Positions 1 through 9,852 are shown, numbered from the stretch's first letter. The stretch: DNA of 47,909 bases from an uncultured Bacilli bacterium (GCA_963722445.1 CAVRMZ010000032.1:1-47909); one strand, 5' to 3'. The notes: generated by a model not told the origin, from the sequence alone. Translations and numbers: made by a program.

Positions 1-447
1 TGGAGAACTGGCGGCGGAGAACCAAGGATCGGCGGAAAGAAGTTGGCCGACCTGTATGTGCATCGTTCGCGCGGTTTCGGCGTAGGCATCGAAAGAAAGA
101 AGGTAAGTCTTTTTGTCCTGAAGCTTGAGATTGCTGTATTCGATGCGAGGCGAAGCTTGGCCCCAGCTTACCGCGGTGATGGAAAGTTTCAGCATCTTAT
201 TCGTGACTTCCGCCGTGGAAGCGGCCCCTTCGAAATCATTCTTTACGAATGGGGCGATGCCGCCTGTCGAAAAATCGCCGTTGGTGATGAGTTCCTTAGC
301 TTCTTGCGAAGAAGAAGACTGACTACTCGAGGCGGCACTGCTCGAAGACGCCGAAGAAGCGGCCGAATTGGAAGAGGCATTGCCTGGTCCTGAGCAAGCC
401 GCCAGTGTGGCGGCCAATAGCAGAAAAACGCCACTGGTTTTTTTCAT
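1..447 (-). CDS. Lipoprotein with Ser-rich linker and CBM4/9-like carbohydrate-binding domain (5' part only, runs off the window)
   Basis: Not in the ORF track. Manual translation from ATG 447: MKKTSGVFLLLAATLAAC (lipobox LAAC), Ser/Ala linker, then ELITNGDFSTG...KKTYLLSFDAYAETAR, typical of CBM4/9. GGAGG SD at 460-464. Confidence 0.8.
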   Translation of the reverse strand, partial: MKKTSGVFLLLAATLAACSGPGNASSNSAASSASSSSAASSSQSSSSQEAKELITNGDFSTGGIAPFVKNDFEGAASTAEVTNKMLKLSITAVSWGQASPRIEYSNLKLQDKKTYLLSFDAYAETARTMHIQVGQLLSADPWFSAASSP

Positions 448-481
448 AAAATAAATTTTCCTCCATTATTTTATGCGTTTT

Positions 482-577
482 AGGAAATCGGTTTCCTTAA
501 TCACTAAGCGAAAGATGTGAATTTTTAAAGAAACCGCTTTCTTGCATAAATTTTAGCAATTAATAATCATTATGCAA
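482..577 (-). promoter_or_regulatory. SigA-type promoter with two LacI-family operator palindromes
   Basis: On the minus strand TTGCAT (577-572), 16 bp, TGcTAAAAT (-10 at 555-550). Near-palindromes AAGAAACCGCTTTCTT (528-543) and AGGAAATCGGTTTCCT (482-497) with central CG. Confidence 0.6.
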
Positions 578-949
578 GGCTTTTCGATTTTGCAAACGGG
601 AAGTCATGACAAAAAACCGCAGGAGGTTTCCCGATAGGATAAATCGATATCCTTCCGAGAAAATACTCGCTTTTTCCCTCTTCTCACCGCTTGCGAATCC
701 CTTGCCCAATAACGGAAAAATCAACATCAAAAAGACAGTCTTAAATTTCATCGATTCCCTTTTGAACCAAGCGTTCTGGCAAAAAAGGAAAAAGAGTTTT
801 CTTTCTTTTGCGATTCCAATTGGCAAATTCCTTTTTGGGAAATCGGCTTTTAAATTAAGATGCGCCACAAAACTATTGCGTCCAAGGTTCAGGAAGCATT
901 TCCCAAAAGGCAAAAAGCAAATCAGGGAACTCGTTTATAACTGCAAGGC

Positions 950-1294
950 CTATTCGGCTTCGACTTTGGAAATCTCGATGTCCATCCCCGAGACCGGTAT
1001 AAAATCATTATAAGCTCCGCAGTGCGGGCACTTGCGATCGTTTTTGGCGATGGCGAAAACAAAGCCACATTGGTTGCAACGGCCTTTGGCAACAACCTTA
1101 ACCATTTTCAGTTTGGTCTCTTTGAAGTCCGTATCCTGGATGGCCGCATCCCAGCATTCCATCATGTAGTCCGGAACGACCATGGAGGCTTCCCCCACTT
1201 TGAGGGTAACCGAAAGGAGCTTCGTGATGTGGTTCTTCTCGCAGATCCCTTTGAGGGAATCCAGGAGTTCGAAAACGATCCCCATTTCATGCAT
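950..1294 (-). CDS. hypA: Nickel metallochaperone HypA
   Basis: N-terminal MHE Ni-binding motif, VGEAS loop, CNQC...CPHC zinc finger, 114 aa. Confidence 0.95.
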   Translation of the reverse strand: MHEMGIVFELLDSLKGICEKNHITKLLSVTLKVGEASMVVPDYMMECWDAAIQDTDFKETKLKMVKVVAKGRCNQCGFVFAIAKNDRKCPHCGAYNDFIPVSGMDIEISKVEAE

Positions 1295-1297
1295 GGG

Positions 1298-4150
1298 TTA
1301 TTTGAGAGATTCCTTCTTCGCGTTCCCGAATTTCGAAATATCGTCTTTGTTCACCAGCTTGGTTTTGCCTTCCCCCGTGAAGAGGATCTTGACGTTGCGG
1401 GCTAAGATATGTGGAACGCTTGTCGGGGCGATTTGCTCGTAAACACGGCCTTTGACATCAAATCTCCGCTGGAGGTGAATCGCATCGAACTTGCACCGCG
1501 TCGTGCAAAGGCCGCAGCCCACGCACATGGTCTCGTTAACATAGGTGCGACCGCATTTTAAGCAGCGCTTGGTTTCCGCTTGGACTTGTTCCGCGGAGAA
1601 GACGGCGCGGTCATCGCGCATCTTGTCTTCCACTTCCACATGCTGAACTTCCTGGCGTGGCGTATTATCCCAGCCTTGGACCTCGATGTTGTTTTTATCG
1701 AGAGCATAATTCGCGAGATATGGATTCTGGACGCGACCGATGATAAGGCTCTGGCCTTGGTGGACATAGCGATGCATCGACTCTGCGCCTTCTTTTCCCG
1801 TCGCGATGGCATCGATGGCAAAACGGGCGCCATGGTAGCAATCGCCGCCAGCGAAGATGTCAGGCTCGCCCGTCTGATACGTCAAAGCGTCTGCCTGAAC
1901 GCGGCCACGGGCGACCACCGCTTTGGTCCCGTCGAGAAGATGGCCCCATTCGAAGGATTGGCCGATGGCGGATAAGAAGTATTCGCAAGGAACGGTGATG
2001 ACGTTCGTCTCGTCGTATTGCGGGTTGAATTTATGATCCTGATCGAAAACGGAAGTGCATTTCTTGAGGACGGCTTCTTTAAGGAAGCCATTCTCGTCGG
2101 CGTGGAATTCCTTGACGCCCCAAGAGTTGTTAATCCCGATGCCTTCTTTTTCAGCTTCGGCGATTTCGTCATTAGCCGCGGTCATGATATCCCGGGATTC
2201 AAGGCAATAAAGGTCGACTTTGCCGGCACCCCAGCGGATGGCTGTGCGCGCCACATCGATGGCGACGTTGCCGCCCCCCATGAGCACGACATGGCCATGA
2301 AGCTTCGGCTCGTCGCCAAGATTCACGTGGCGGAGGAACTCCACGCCCGAAATCACGTTCTTGGCATCTTCGCCCGGGACCCCAAGCGTACGTCCGCCTT
2401 GGGCTCCGATAGCCACGTAGAAAGCCTTGTAGCCTTGACCGCGAAGCTGTTGGATCGTGATGTCTTTGCCGACTTCCACGCCGATCTTGAACTCCACGCC
2501 TAGCGCTTTGATGCAGTCGATTTCAGCGGCCACGACATCCTTTTCCAAGCGGAAGGAAGGAATGCCAAGAGTCAGCATCCCGCCTAGTTTGCTTTCCTTT
2601 TCGAAAACCGTGACGGAATATCCGGTTTCCGCAAGATAATAAGCGCAGCTAAGGCCGGCTGGGCCCGCGCCGATGACGGCCATCTTTATGTCGTGAAATT
2701 CCGGATGCTTGATCTTCGGAAGCACACGCGTTTCTTCGCTCATGTCGAACTGAGCCACGAATTTCTTGATTTCATCGATGGAGACCGGCTTTAAATTGCC
2801 GATGGTTCCACGGGTGCAAGCGTCCTCGCACTTCTTATTGCAAACGCGCCCGCAAATAGCCGGTAGCGGGTTTTTGTGCTTAATGAGCTCCAAGGCTTCG
2901 GCATAGCGCCCTTCTTTGGCTAATTCGATGTAGCCCTCGATGGAAATATGAGCCGGGCACGCGACTTTGCAAGGCGCGGTTCCCGTTTCGTTCATGATGA
3001 GTTGTTTGTCGAAACGATAGTTTGGATTCCACTTGTCGGGTCCCCATTTATAGTCATAAGCGCTTTGCGGCTCGGCGACTTTGATCGGGGTCTTGTTCTC
3101 AAGACGCTCGCCCAGTCGGAGGGCGTTCATCGGGCAGACCTCAACGCATTCGCCGCACGCAACGCACTTCTCTGGGTCGACATGGGAAATGTAGTTCGAG
3201 CGGACCATCGTGGCCGTGTGGAAATACTCGCCGGTTCTTAGCGAGAAGCAAGAACAGCCGCAGCAATTGCAAAGCGCATGGGTTTTGGCGTTCCCGTCGA
3301 TGTTTGGTATTTCATGCATCAAGCCGTTGTCTTCGGCTTTCTTGACGATGGCGTAGGCCTCTTCTTTCGTGATGCGACGGGCATGCCCCTGCTTAATGAA
3401 ATCGCGGGCTCCTTCGTTGAACTGGATGCACATATCCTGCTCAAGATGGCCACAGCCTTCGCCCATGAGGCGACGGGAGACGCGGCAAGAGCAAGGCGCA
3501 ACGGAAATATCATCGGCCGTGTCGATGTAATGCTCGATCTTTTCGTTATCTTTGGCTTCGGGGTCAGAGGCGATCGCCGAAGAAATCGGGATCACTCTCA
3601 TGACGCCGTGGCCAGTCGGAAGGTTGCCGGTTAGGGGGATGATGCGTTTGATGGTGTACTGCGCAAAAGATTGGGCGATGATCGGGTTGGCTTCGACGAG
3701 GGGGACGTTGTCGACGAGAGCCTCCATGATGCCCGGCACGAAAATCGGGATATGATAGCCTAACTGCCTTTTCCCATCCAAAAGCGGAAGATCGCGATCC
3801 TCAGGATCGACGCTCATAAGGCCAAGCCAAGAGGCATGGTCCAAGATCGGGGAGATCTCTTCCACGGTCATGTGATTCTTTTTGGCCAATTCCGGGACGG
3901 AATAGTGCTTGCGGAGCTTCATCGTCAGCCCCACCTTGGCTTCCTCATCGCTCACGCAGCACGCCAAAGCGTTATATTCGGGGTCGCCAGGAATGACGTG
4001 AACACCAGGCAAATCCTGAATATGATTGCAGAGTTTGGTAATGATAACCCGCTCTTTTTCGCCATCGGGAAGCGAGGCTTTCTTGGGCCCGTTCTTGTAC
4101 TCGTCCTCAGCGAATTTCTGCTCTAAGCGAAGCTCTGGTTGATCTGCCAT
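1298..4150 (-). CDS. Large Fe-S/FAD NAD(P)-dependent oxidoreductase (GltD/NfnB-like core) with a Cys-rich N-terminal domain
   Basis: CSCR..GCGH..C and CNCCGCSC motifs; CVACGECVEVCP; APCKVACP...ICGRVCNKKCEDAC; GAGPAG; GGGNVAIDVAR; C-terminal RCLKC and CVGCGLCTTRC. AAGGAG SD upstream. Confidence 0.85.
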   Translation of the reverse strand: MADQPELRLEQKFAEDEYKNGPKKASLPDGEKERVIITKLCNHIQDLPGVHVIPGDPEYNALACCVSDEEAKVGLTMKLRKHYSVPELAKKNHMTVEEISPILDHASWLGLMSVDPEDRDLPLLDGKRQLGYHIPIFVPGIMEALVDNVPLVEANPIIAQSFAQYTIKRIIPLTGNLPTGHGVMRVIPISSAIASDPEAKDNEKIEHYIDTADDISVAPCSCRVSRRLMGEGCGHLEQDMCIQFNEGARDFIKQGHARRITKEEAYAIVKKAEDNGLMHEIPNIDGNAKTHALCNCCGCSCFSLRTGEYFHTATMVRSNYISHVDPEKCVACGECVEVCPMNALRLGERLENKTPIKVAEPQSAYDYKWGPDKWNPNYRFDKQLIMNETGTAPCKVACPAHISIEGYIELAKEGRYAEALELIKHKNPLPAICGRVCNKKCEDACTRGTIGNLKPVSIDEIKKFVAQFDMSEETRVLPKIKHPEFHDIKMAVIGAGPAGLSCAYYLAETGYSVTVFEKESKLGGMLTLGIPSFRLEKDVVAAEIDCIKALGVEFKIGVEVGKDITIQQLRGQGYKAFYVAIGAQGGRTLGVPGEDAKNVISGVEFLRHVNLGDEPKLHGHVVLMGGGNVAIDVARTAIRWGAGKVDLYCLESRDIMTAANDEIAEAEKEGIGINNSWGVKEFHADENGFLKEAVLKKCTSVFDQDHKFNPQYDETNVITVPCEYFLSAIGQSFEWGHLLDGTKAVVARGRVQADALTYQTGEPDIFAGGDCYHGARFAIDAIATGKEGAESMHRYVHQGQSLIIGRVQNPYLANYALDKNNIEVQGWDNTPRQEVQHVEVEDKMRDDRAVFSAEQVQAETKRCLKCGRTYVNETMCVGCGLCTTRCKFDAIHLQRRFDVKGRVYEQIAPTSVPHILARNVKILFTGEGKTKLVNKDDISKFGNAKKESLK

Positions 4151-4164
4151 GTTTTTTCTCCTTT

Positions 4165-4842
4165 TTATTTTGCGGTCTTATAAGCATTGACTTGCTTGAC
4201 GAGATAAGCGGCTAACGCATCCATGCCTTCTCCCGTTTTGGCGCTTAATGGGAAGAAAGCGGCATCGGGATTCAGCTTTTTGATTCGCTCTTCGGCTTTT
4301 GGGATATCGAAGTCGAAGACCTTGATCGTATCGATTTTAGAGAAGACGATCGCCTTGCAAACTTTGAACATCAAGGGATATTTGAGGGGTTTGTCATCGC
4401 CTTCGGGAATCGAGAGGATCGCCATGTTGAGAGCCGCCCCCGTGTCGAATTCGGCGGGGCAGACAAGGTTGCCGATGTTTTCGAGGATAAGCAAGTCCAG
4501 GCCTTTCGTCCCGATCCCCTCGCATCCTTCTTGCGTCATCTTGGCGTCGAGGTGGCATTCGCCAGCGGTATGCAGCTGAATCGTTTTGACGCCGGTTTTC
4601 GTTTCGATCGTCTCGGCATCCACCGTTGCATCGATGTCGGCTTCCATGACCCCGATTCTCAGTTTGTCTTTCAAGCGGTTGATCAAAGAGACCAGAAGCG
4701 TCGTCTTTCCCGCGCCGGGGCTCGACATCAGGTTAATCAGAAAAACGCCTTGGCCTTTTAACTTTGCCCGCAGTTCGTCAGCCCGGGCATTGTTATTGGC
4801 AAAAACGCTTTGTTTAACGGTAATAACACGAATTTTGTCCAT
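4165..4842 (-). CDS. hypB: Nickel-insertion GTPase HypB
   Basis: SSPGAGKT P-loop, GECHLDA, ENIGNLVCPAEFDTG, EGDDKPLKYP, SKID. Start moved to MDKIRV (ATG 4842, AAGGGA SD) because the ORF-track start at 4863 abuts a -10 box. Confidence 0.95.
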   Translation of the reverse strand: MDKIRVITVKQSVFANNNARADELRAKLKGQGVFLINLMSSPGAGKTTLLVSLINRLKDKLRIGVMEADIDATVDAETIETKTGVKTIQLHTAGECHLDAKMTQEGCEGIGTKGLDLLILENIGNLVCPAEFDTGAALNMAILSIPEGDDKPLKYPLMFKVCKAIVFSKIDTIKVFDFDIPKAEERIKKLNPDAAFFPLSAKTGEGMDALAAYLVKQVNAYKTAK

Positions 4843-4863
4843 GAGGTTTTCCCTTGCGGGCAT

Positions 4864-4937
4864 ATTGTAATCCCAATGAAAGGGATTAATAAAAGATTAA
4901 TAAAGAATTACCGATATCTTTGTTCGATTTCTCACAA
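4864..4937 (-). promoter_or_regulatory. Putative hypB operon promoter with inverted and direct repeats
   Basis: -10 TACAAT at 4869-4864; IR TAATCCC-N7-GGGATTA (4868-4888); tandem GATTAATAAA x2 (4884-4904); weak TTGT...ACAA palindrome (4920-4937). Confidence 0.45.
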
Positions 4938-5086
4938 AGCAACCCAAAAGTTTAAAAATAAAAGCGTGTGTCGGTGTTTTAACGAACGAAAGGAAACAAA
5001 TTTATGTGTATTATCTGATTCGTTAATCGCTTGAAAATGTGATAGGAAATGACGTTTATCAGCTTTTACCGATATTCTGCCCTAAC

Positions 5087-7293
5087 CTAGATTTCCCGAA
5101 TCCCGATGCCGGTGAAAAACTTCGCGATCCTATCGTAATACGCATGGGGGCGGGTGCTATCGATATCCCTTCCCGTGACGGAATCGACCATCGAAGAAGT
5201 ATCCGGAACATAAATCACAAAGCCAAAACGGGACCGCGTCAGCAAGACTCGATAGGAATTGTGAATATAACGTTTGGTCTGTTCGGTCTTTGGGACGCGC
5301 CAACCCGTGGTCGGGGCAAACGTTTGCGGAACCCATTTGATGCCATCCCAATAGAAATCGAGATCCCAGCAAACGCAGGCTCGATCCAATTCGAGGCCTT
5401 CGATGCTGAATTCGCTCATGACGGTCTGCATGCTATTGGATGACTCTGGATCGCTGCTCGGGGCGAAGAACCATTTGTCCATATCCGGGAAACGCTCATC
5501 GGAAGTGATGCCATCGTCTTTCAAACGATCGGCATGGCTGCTGGCGATCACGCCCCAACGGCCACCCGGACTACGATGCTCGTAAAGCCACATCTTCGCT
5601 TTTTTGTAATCGCGAGAAAGTCGGATCTGATAGCCAGCGGCTTCTAATTTCGCCTCGCTTTGGGCCGCTGCTGGAATATCGCCTGAAAGGATAGCCTCGG
5701 TAAACTCATGAAGGCAATCCCCCGTGACGTTACGAAGGGATTTGCTTAAATAAAGATCATTCCATCGCGTATCGAAATGAACGTTAGGGCTTGTCAAAAG
5801 CTGTTCTTTGAGACCATCTTCAAGGGGATCGATTTTCTGATCGATCAGTCCTTTTCCCAAATAGATCTGAAGATCTTTGTATTTCGCGTTCAAGCAAGAA
5901 CGGAACCATTCATTGATTCCTTCCTCTCCGTTATGAATGTCTTGTCCTAGACCAACAAGGCAAACGATGACGCCCCATTTCTGATCATGGTACATTTGGT
6001 TCAATAAGGTCAGCGGCTCGCTTTCGGGGCTCGGGAGGGCAATGACGCCAGAGGAATCTTCGCCATCTTTGGCAGCTTGTTTGGCCTTCTTGGTCTCGTA
6101 TTTCGCCATCTGTTCCTGAGTCCAGGCTCTTTGCGCCTCGTCAAAGACGACGACATGCTCATCGTTGTGCTCTTCGCTCGACAGCGCCTTTTTATAGGAG
6201 GTGAATTGCTCAATCATCCAAGCGATCCCTCGCTTGTTGCCGAGCTTGTCTTTTTGCTCTGCCTTCAAACGACGGATTTCTTCTGGGGCCGAAGCTTCCG
6301 AAAGCTTGATTTCATAGTCGTCTTTGATGGCGTGCCGAAGCGTGGCTTGGAGAACCGTCACCAAGGGCCCATTCCCCGAAACGAAAACCGCTCTGTCTGG
6401 AGGGTTTGCATGTTTAAAGGCAATGTTCAAACCGACAACCGTCTTTCCGGCGCCTGGTACCCCGGCCACGAAAATAATGGCTTTATTTTGAGGGAACGAG
6501 GTTTTAGTCAAGCGAAGGATTGTTTCAACGGTATCCGTCGTATTCGTGATATTGGGATGGGCGGGATCGCATTTGAAGTAATGCCGATAGTCCTCTGAGT
6601 GGGCGCTTAATTGGTCGTAAAGGTATTTTGTCGCCCGAAGAATGTCCGGAGAGGGCTCCGTTTTGGATTTGATCCAATTGAGGCCGCCGTATCGTTTTCG
6701 ATCCTTGCTTGGGGCTTTGGATTCGCTTCGGCGATGGCGGCGATGGCGGTCCTTAATCCTTTTTGACTCGTGGATTGAAGCTCGAAAAGGCCGCTTTCGG
6801 AACGGGACACAGAGGAACGCAAGGCATCGAGATCATAATCATCTTGAATCACCAGAATCGGGCAAACCCAAAGATTCTTGGAAGCTTGGTGAAAATTCTT
6901 TAGATCGTAGGCGTAGCGAATGGCCTGCTCTTGACTGGCTTCCGTGATTTTCTGCTTTCCGGTTTTGAATTCCAAAGAGTAAACGACGCTGTCCATCAAA
7001 AGGATGACGTCCACACGATCGCCTAGACGGTAAATGCTGTATTCGAAGATGATCCACCCTTTCGCGCCGGCGCTTTTGAGGGTGTCCATCAAATCTTCGA
7101 TTTCCTCAGCCCAAGCGTCCGCTTGCTCTTTGGTGATATCTCCGTGGGTTTGTTGACGGTTCTCCTGATAGATCCCGCCAAACACTTCTTTCGCTTTGGC
7201 TTTTTGCTCTTCCTTATTATGGAAATTCAAAAAATCGTCCATCGAGGAAACATAACTGCAGATATCTGGCACGATTCCTTGCTGTTCCATCAT
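5087..7293 (-). pseudogene. Frameshifted nuclease-helicase (PD-(D/E)xK-like N-terminus + DUF2075/Schlafen group 3-like helicase)
   Basis: ORF 6607-7293 has FEY..RVDVILL..LEFKTG. A -1 shift near 6680 continues LNWIKSKTEPSPDILRATKYLY into ORF 5087-6511 (GVPGAGKT, FDEAQRAW, GLELD, YRVLLTRSR). Confidence 0.8.
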
Positions 7294-7384
7294 TAGCGAA
7301 CCCCCTGCAGGTTTCGACTATTATAGCAGAACGAAAAGAGGCTTTTCGCCTGCTAGGCAAATTAAGACTCTGCTTTGGTACCGA

Positions 7385-8854
7385 TCAATTATCGGACCGA
7401 GAATAGCTGTTCTTCATCCGGAGGCTGGCTTCGTAGAGGATTTTGTCCAAAGCCTTTTGGGTTTCCTCTTTGGTCATCGCAGCGATTTCCTCATTCGCTT
7501 TTTCTAGTTCTGAGGGATCCTTGCTGGCCAAGAACAGCGCATCGTGTTTTGCCACAAGCTCATGCCCTCGAGAGGCTACGACGTTCTGATATCGCTCAAT
7601 AAAGAGGGCGGTCGCGCCGAAATGAGCATCTGCGATAACCCCGAGAAGGCGGCTGGCCCAGTAGAAGTTTTCGGTCGTCACTTGAAGCGTGGTATTCGAG
7701 AAGTATTCCGGGATTTTATGGACGTTTGAGTAAAGAGGAACGAAGGCGTTAAACACGTTGGAGCCAAACGCCACCCATTCTATGGCGCTCATTTCCTTTG
7801 GAACACGCGGCCGAATCTGTAGAAGCGAAAGGAAACTCGTGCGGTTCACGCCGATGGTGCGATAAGCGCCACGGAGAGCAGGATCCCCATACTTGGCATA
7901 AGGATCGAAAGGCGTGCCCTGGAAATGCGAGGACAAAGCGTATTTCATGTCCTCGACCGTGATTTTTCTTTCCGGAACCAAACTCCAAGGAATGTCATCG
8001 GATTCGGGGGTGAATTGGGCCCCTTCGCCTTCCCAACGGATCGCCCTCGGATTGAAATAACGTTCGATGAACCAAGCCCGAGGAGTGTTATAGGAATGAT
8101 CGCTGTCGTCATGGCTTCCGAAGGCAAGCCGCGGATTGAAAACCCCGTTCAAACCGAGATCGAGGTTGTTTTTCTTAAGAAACTCTTGGAGATCGGGGGA
8201 GCAGATATTTTCTTTCTGCTCTCCGAAAGCGTCTTTCAAATCGAATGCGTCGAGGCCGAATTGATTAGGCATCGTGACGTAATGGTCATCCGGAACTTTC
8301 TTGGCGATGAAGTGATGGCCTCCGATGGTCTCCAGCCACCACACCTCGTTCTTGTCATTGAAGGCGATCCCGTTGGGTTCGTAGGTTCCGTATTTCTCCA
8401 AGAGGGATCCTAGACGAAGAACGCCCTCCCTCGCCGAATGGATATAAGGCAAAACCAAGACAACGAGATCTTCTTCTCCGATGCCCCCAGGAATCTCTTT
8501 CTGTTCGCCTTTTGCGGGGATATGAAGGATATAAGAATCCGCGCCTAAGACGCGAGGGTTCGTCGTGATGGTCTCGGTGGCCGTCATACCCACGTTCTCC
8601 TCATTGATTCCGCTGGCGGCCCAAGTGCCTTCGCTTTTGTTCACGTTAGGCATCGCGGTGTAACGGAGCGAATGCTCTGGCAACTCGATTTCCAAACCAG
8701 CGATCACCGATTTGTAGTGACGAGGCTGATCTGCTTCCACCACCACAAGTTTCTTGGCATTAAAGACGCCCGACATCGAATCGTCGTTTCTCGCAATCAT
8801 CGTCGAACCGTCATAAGACGCATTTTTCCCTACTAATATCGTTGTGCATGGCAT
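7385..8854 (-). CDS. pepD: C69 family dipeptidase
   Basis: MPCTT N-terminal nucleophile Cys, ASYDGSTMIARNDD, GINEENV, YNTPRAW; AGGAG SD. Confidence 0.92.
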   Translation of the reverse strand: MPCTTILVGKNASYDGSTMIARNDDSMSGVFNAKKLVVVEADQPRHYKSVIAGLEIELPEHSLRYTAMPNVNKSEGTWAASGINEENVGMTATETITTNPRVLGADSYILHIPAKGEQKEIPGGIGEEDLVVLVLPYIHSAREGVLRLGSLLEKYGTYEPNGIAFNDKNEVWWLETIGGHHFIAKKVPDDHYVTMPNQFGLDAFDLKDAFGEQKENICSPDLQEFLKKNNLDLGLNGVFNPRLAFGSHDDSDHSYNTPRAWFIERYFNPRAIRWEGEGAQFTPESDDIPWSLVPERKITVEDMKYALSSHFQGTPFDPYAKYGDPALRGAYRTIGVNRTSFLSLLQIRPRVPKEMSAIEWVAFGSNVFNAFVPLYSNVHKIPEYFSNTTLQVTTENFYWASRLLGVIADAHFGATALFIERYQNVVASRGHELVAKHDALFLASKDPSELEKANEEIAAMTKEETQKALDKILYEASLRMKNSYSRSDN

Positions 8855-9064
8855 ATTTTTTAGCTCCTTTTAAATTTAATGCGTCTTATTTTACTTCAAA
8901 GAACTTATTCAAGGATAACGTTGGAGTCCCCCCAGATAAATATTATCAGCATCGCGTCTTTGAAGCGATCATACCATTTCAATAGCCTTGAGTCTGCGAT
9001 TTTGACCTATGAGGCCGGGGTTTCACGTATTACCTTGATGCAAAAAGTTCGATAACCGCCGGAA

Positions 9065-9788
9065 TCAAATTCTCGTAAGACATTTGTTCGTCAAGAATTC
9101 GAAGTTTTCCGCTTTCTCGTTCGCCTCATGGAAACAGACCAGCGGTTTTTTGTATTCGGGAACGGCTCCGGTTGGGATGACGATGATGCCTTTCCCGTTT
9201 TGGATCAAATGGCAATTAGCCATGATTATTGCGGTCCTTTTGTTCCCATTGAGGAAAATCTACGACTTCACGACGTAAAAAATCGCTTCGATGGCGATTT
9301 CCACCGCATCAAAGGCTTTCATGATGGAAGAAAGCTCCTCCTTGACCTGATTTTCCAAGGGCGCGGGCGGAATGAAGGAGCAACCCTCATTGAGACGGGG
9401 ACGTTCCGGATCATTCCGGCCGTATGGGAAAAACCTTCCTGCACGATGGCGTTGATCTGACGAAGAATCGTATAGCCAAAAGGATGTTGAGTTTGGCCTT
9501 AGGAGCCAAGACGCCTTCGACATAAAAGGCTTCGGATAGGGCTTTTCAATCTCCCTAAGTCGTTTCTTGCAATCCTTCACAAGAGCACCGTTCTCGATAA
9601 TGAGATTATTGGCCTCTGAGGTGTGTTCCCCAGCATTGTCACTCATCAGGATCCCGTCATCGCGGTAAATGGATATAGAGATACTTCTTCCCGCTTCTCT
9701 TCCTGATCTCGACAGAGCCATACAAAAACTTGAAAAAACGCTCACTGATTTGGCTTTTCTCCTGAAGCAAGGCTGCGATATTTTTCAT
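9065..9788 (-). pseudogene. Degenerate Fic-family protein
   Basis: Pieces in different frames: MKNIAALLQEKSQ..GSVEIRKRSGKKYLYI; SFIPPAPLENQVKEEL; in-frame TAG at 9262-9260; then IFLNGNKRTAIIMANCHLIQNGKGIIVIP (Fic-motif-like) ending TGA at 9065. Confidence 0.75.
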
Positions 9789-9852
9789 TTGCTTTCTCTC
9801 AATGTGAAACTTTTGCATGAGTTTTGTTACACATAGGCAATAGTATTCAAAA

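Noticed and set aside
560-1013. ORFs 560-913 (-) and 606-1013 (+)
   Set aside because: Lys/Phe-rich translations of AT-rich intergenic DNA overlapping promoter and operator sites, with no SD or family motif.
6607-6830. Programmed -1 ribosomal frameshift in the DUF2075 gene
   Set aside because: No X XXY YYZ heptamer in the correct frame; mutation or assembly error is simpler.
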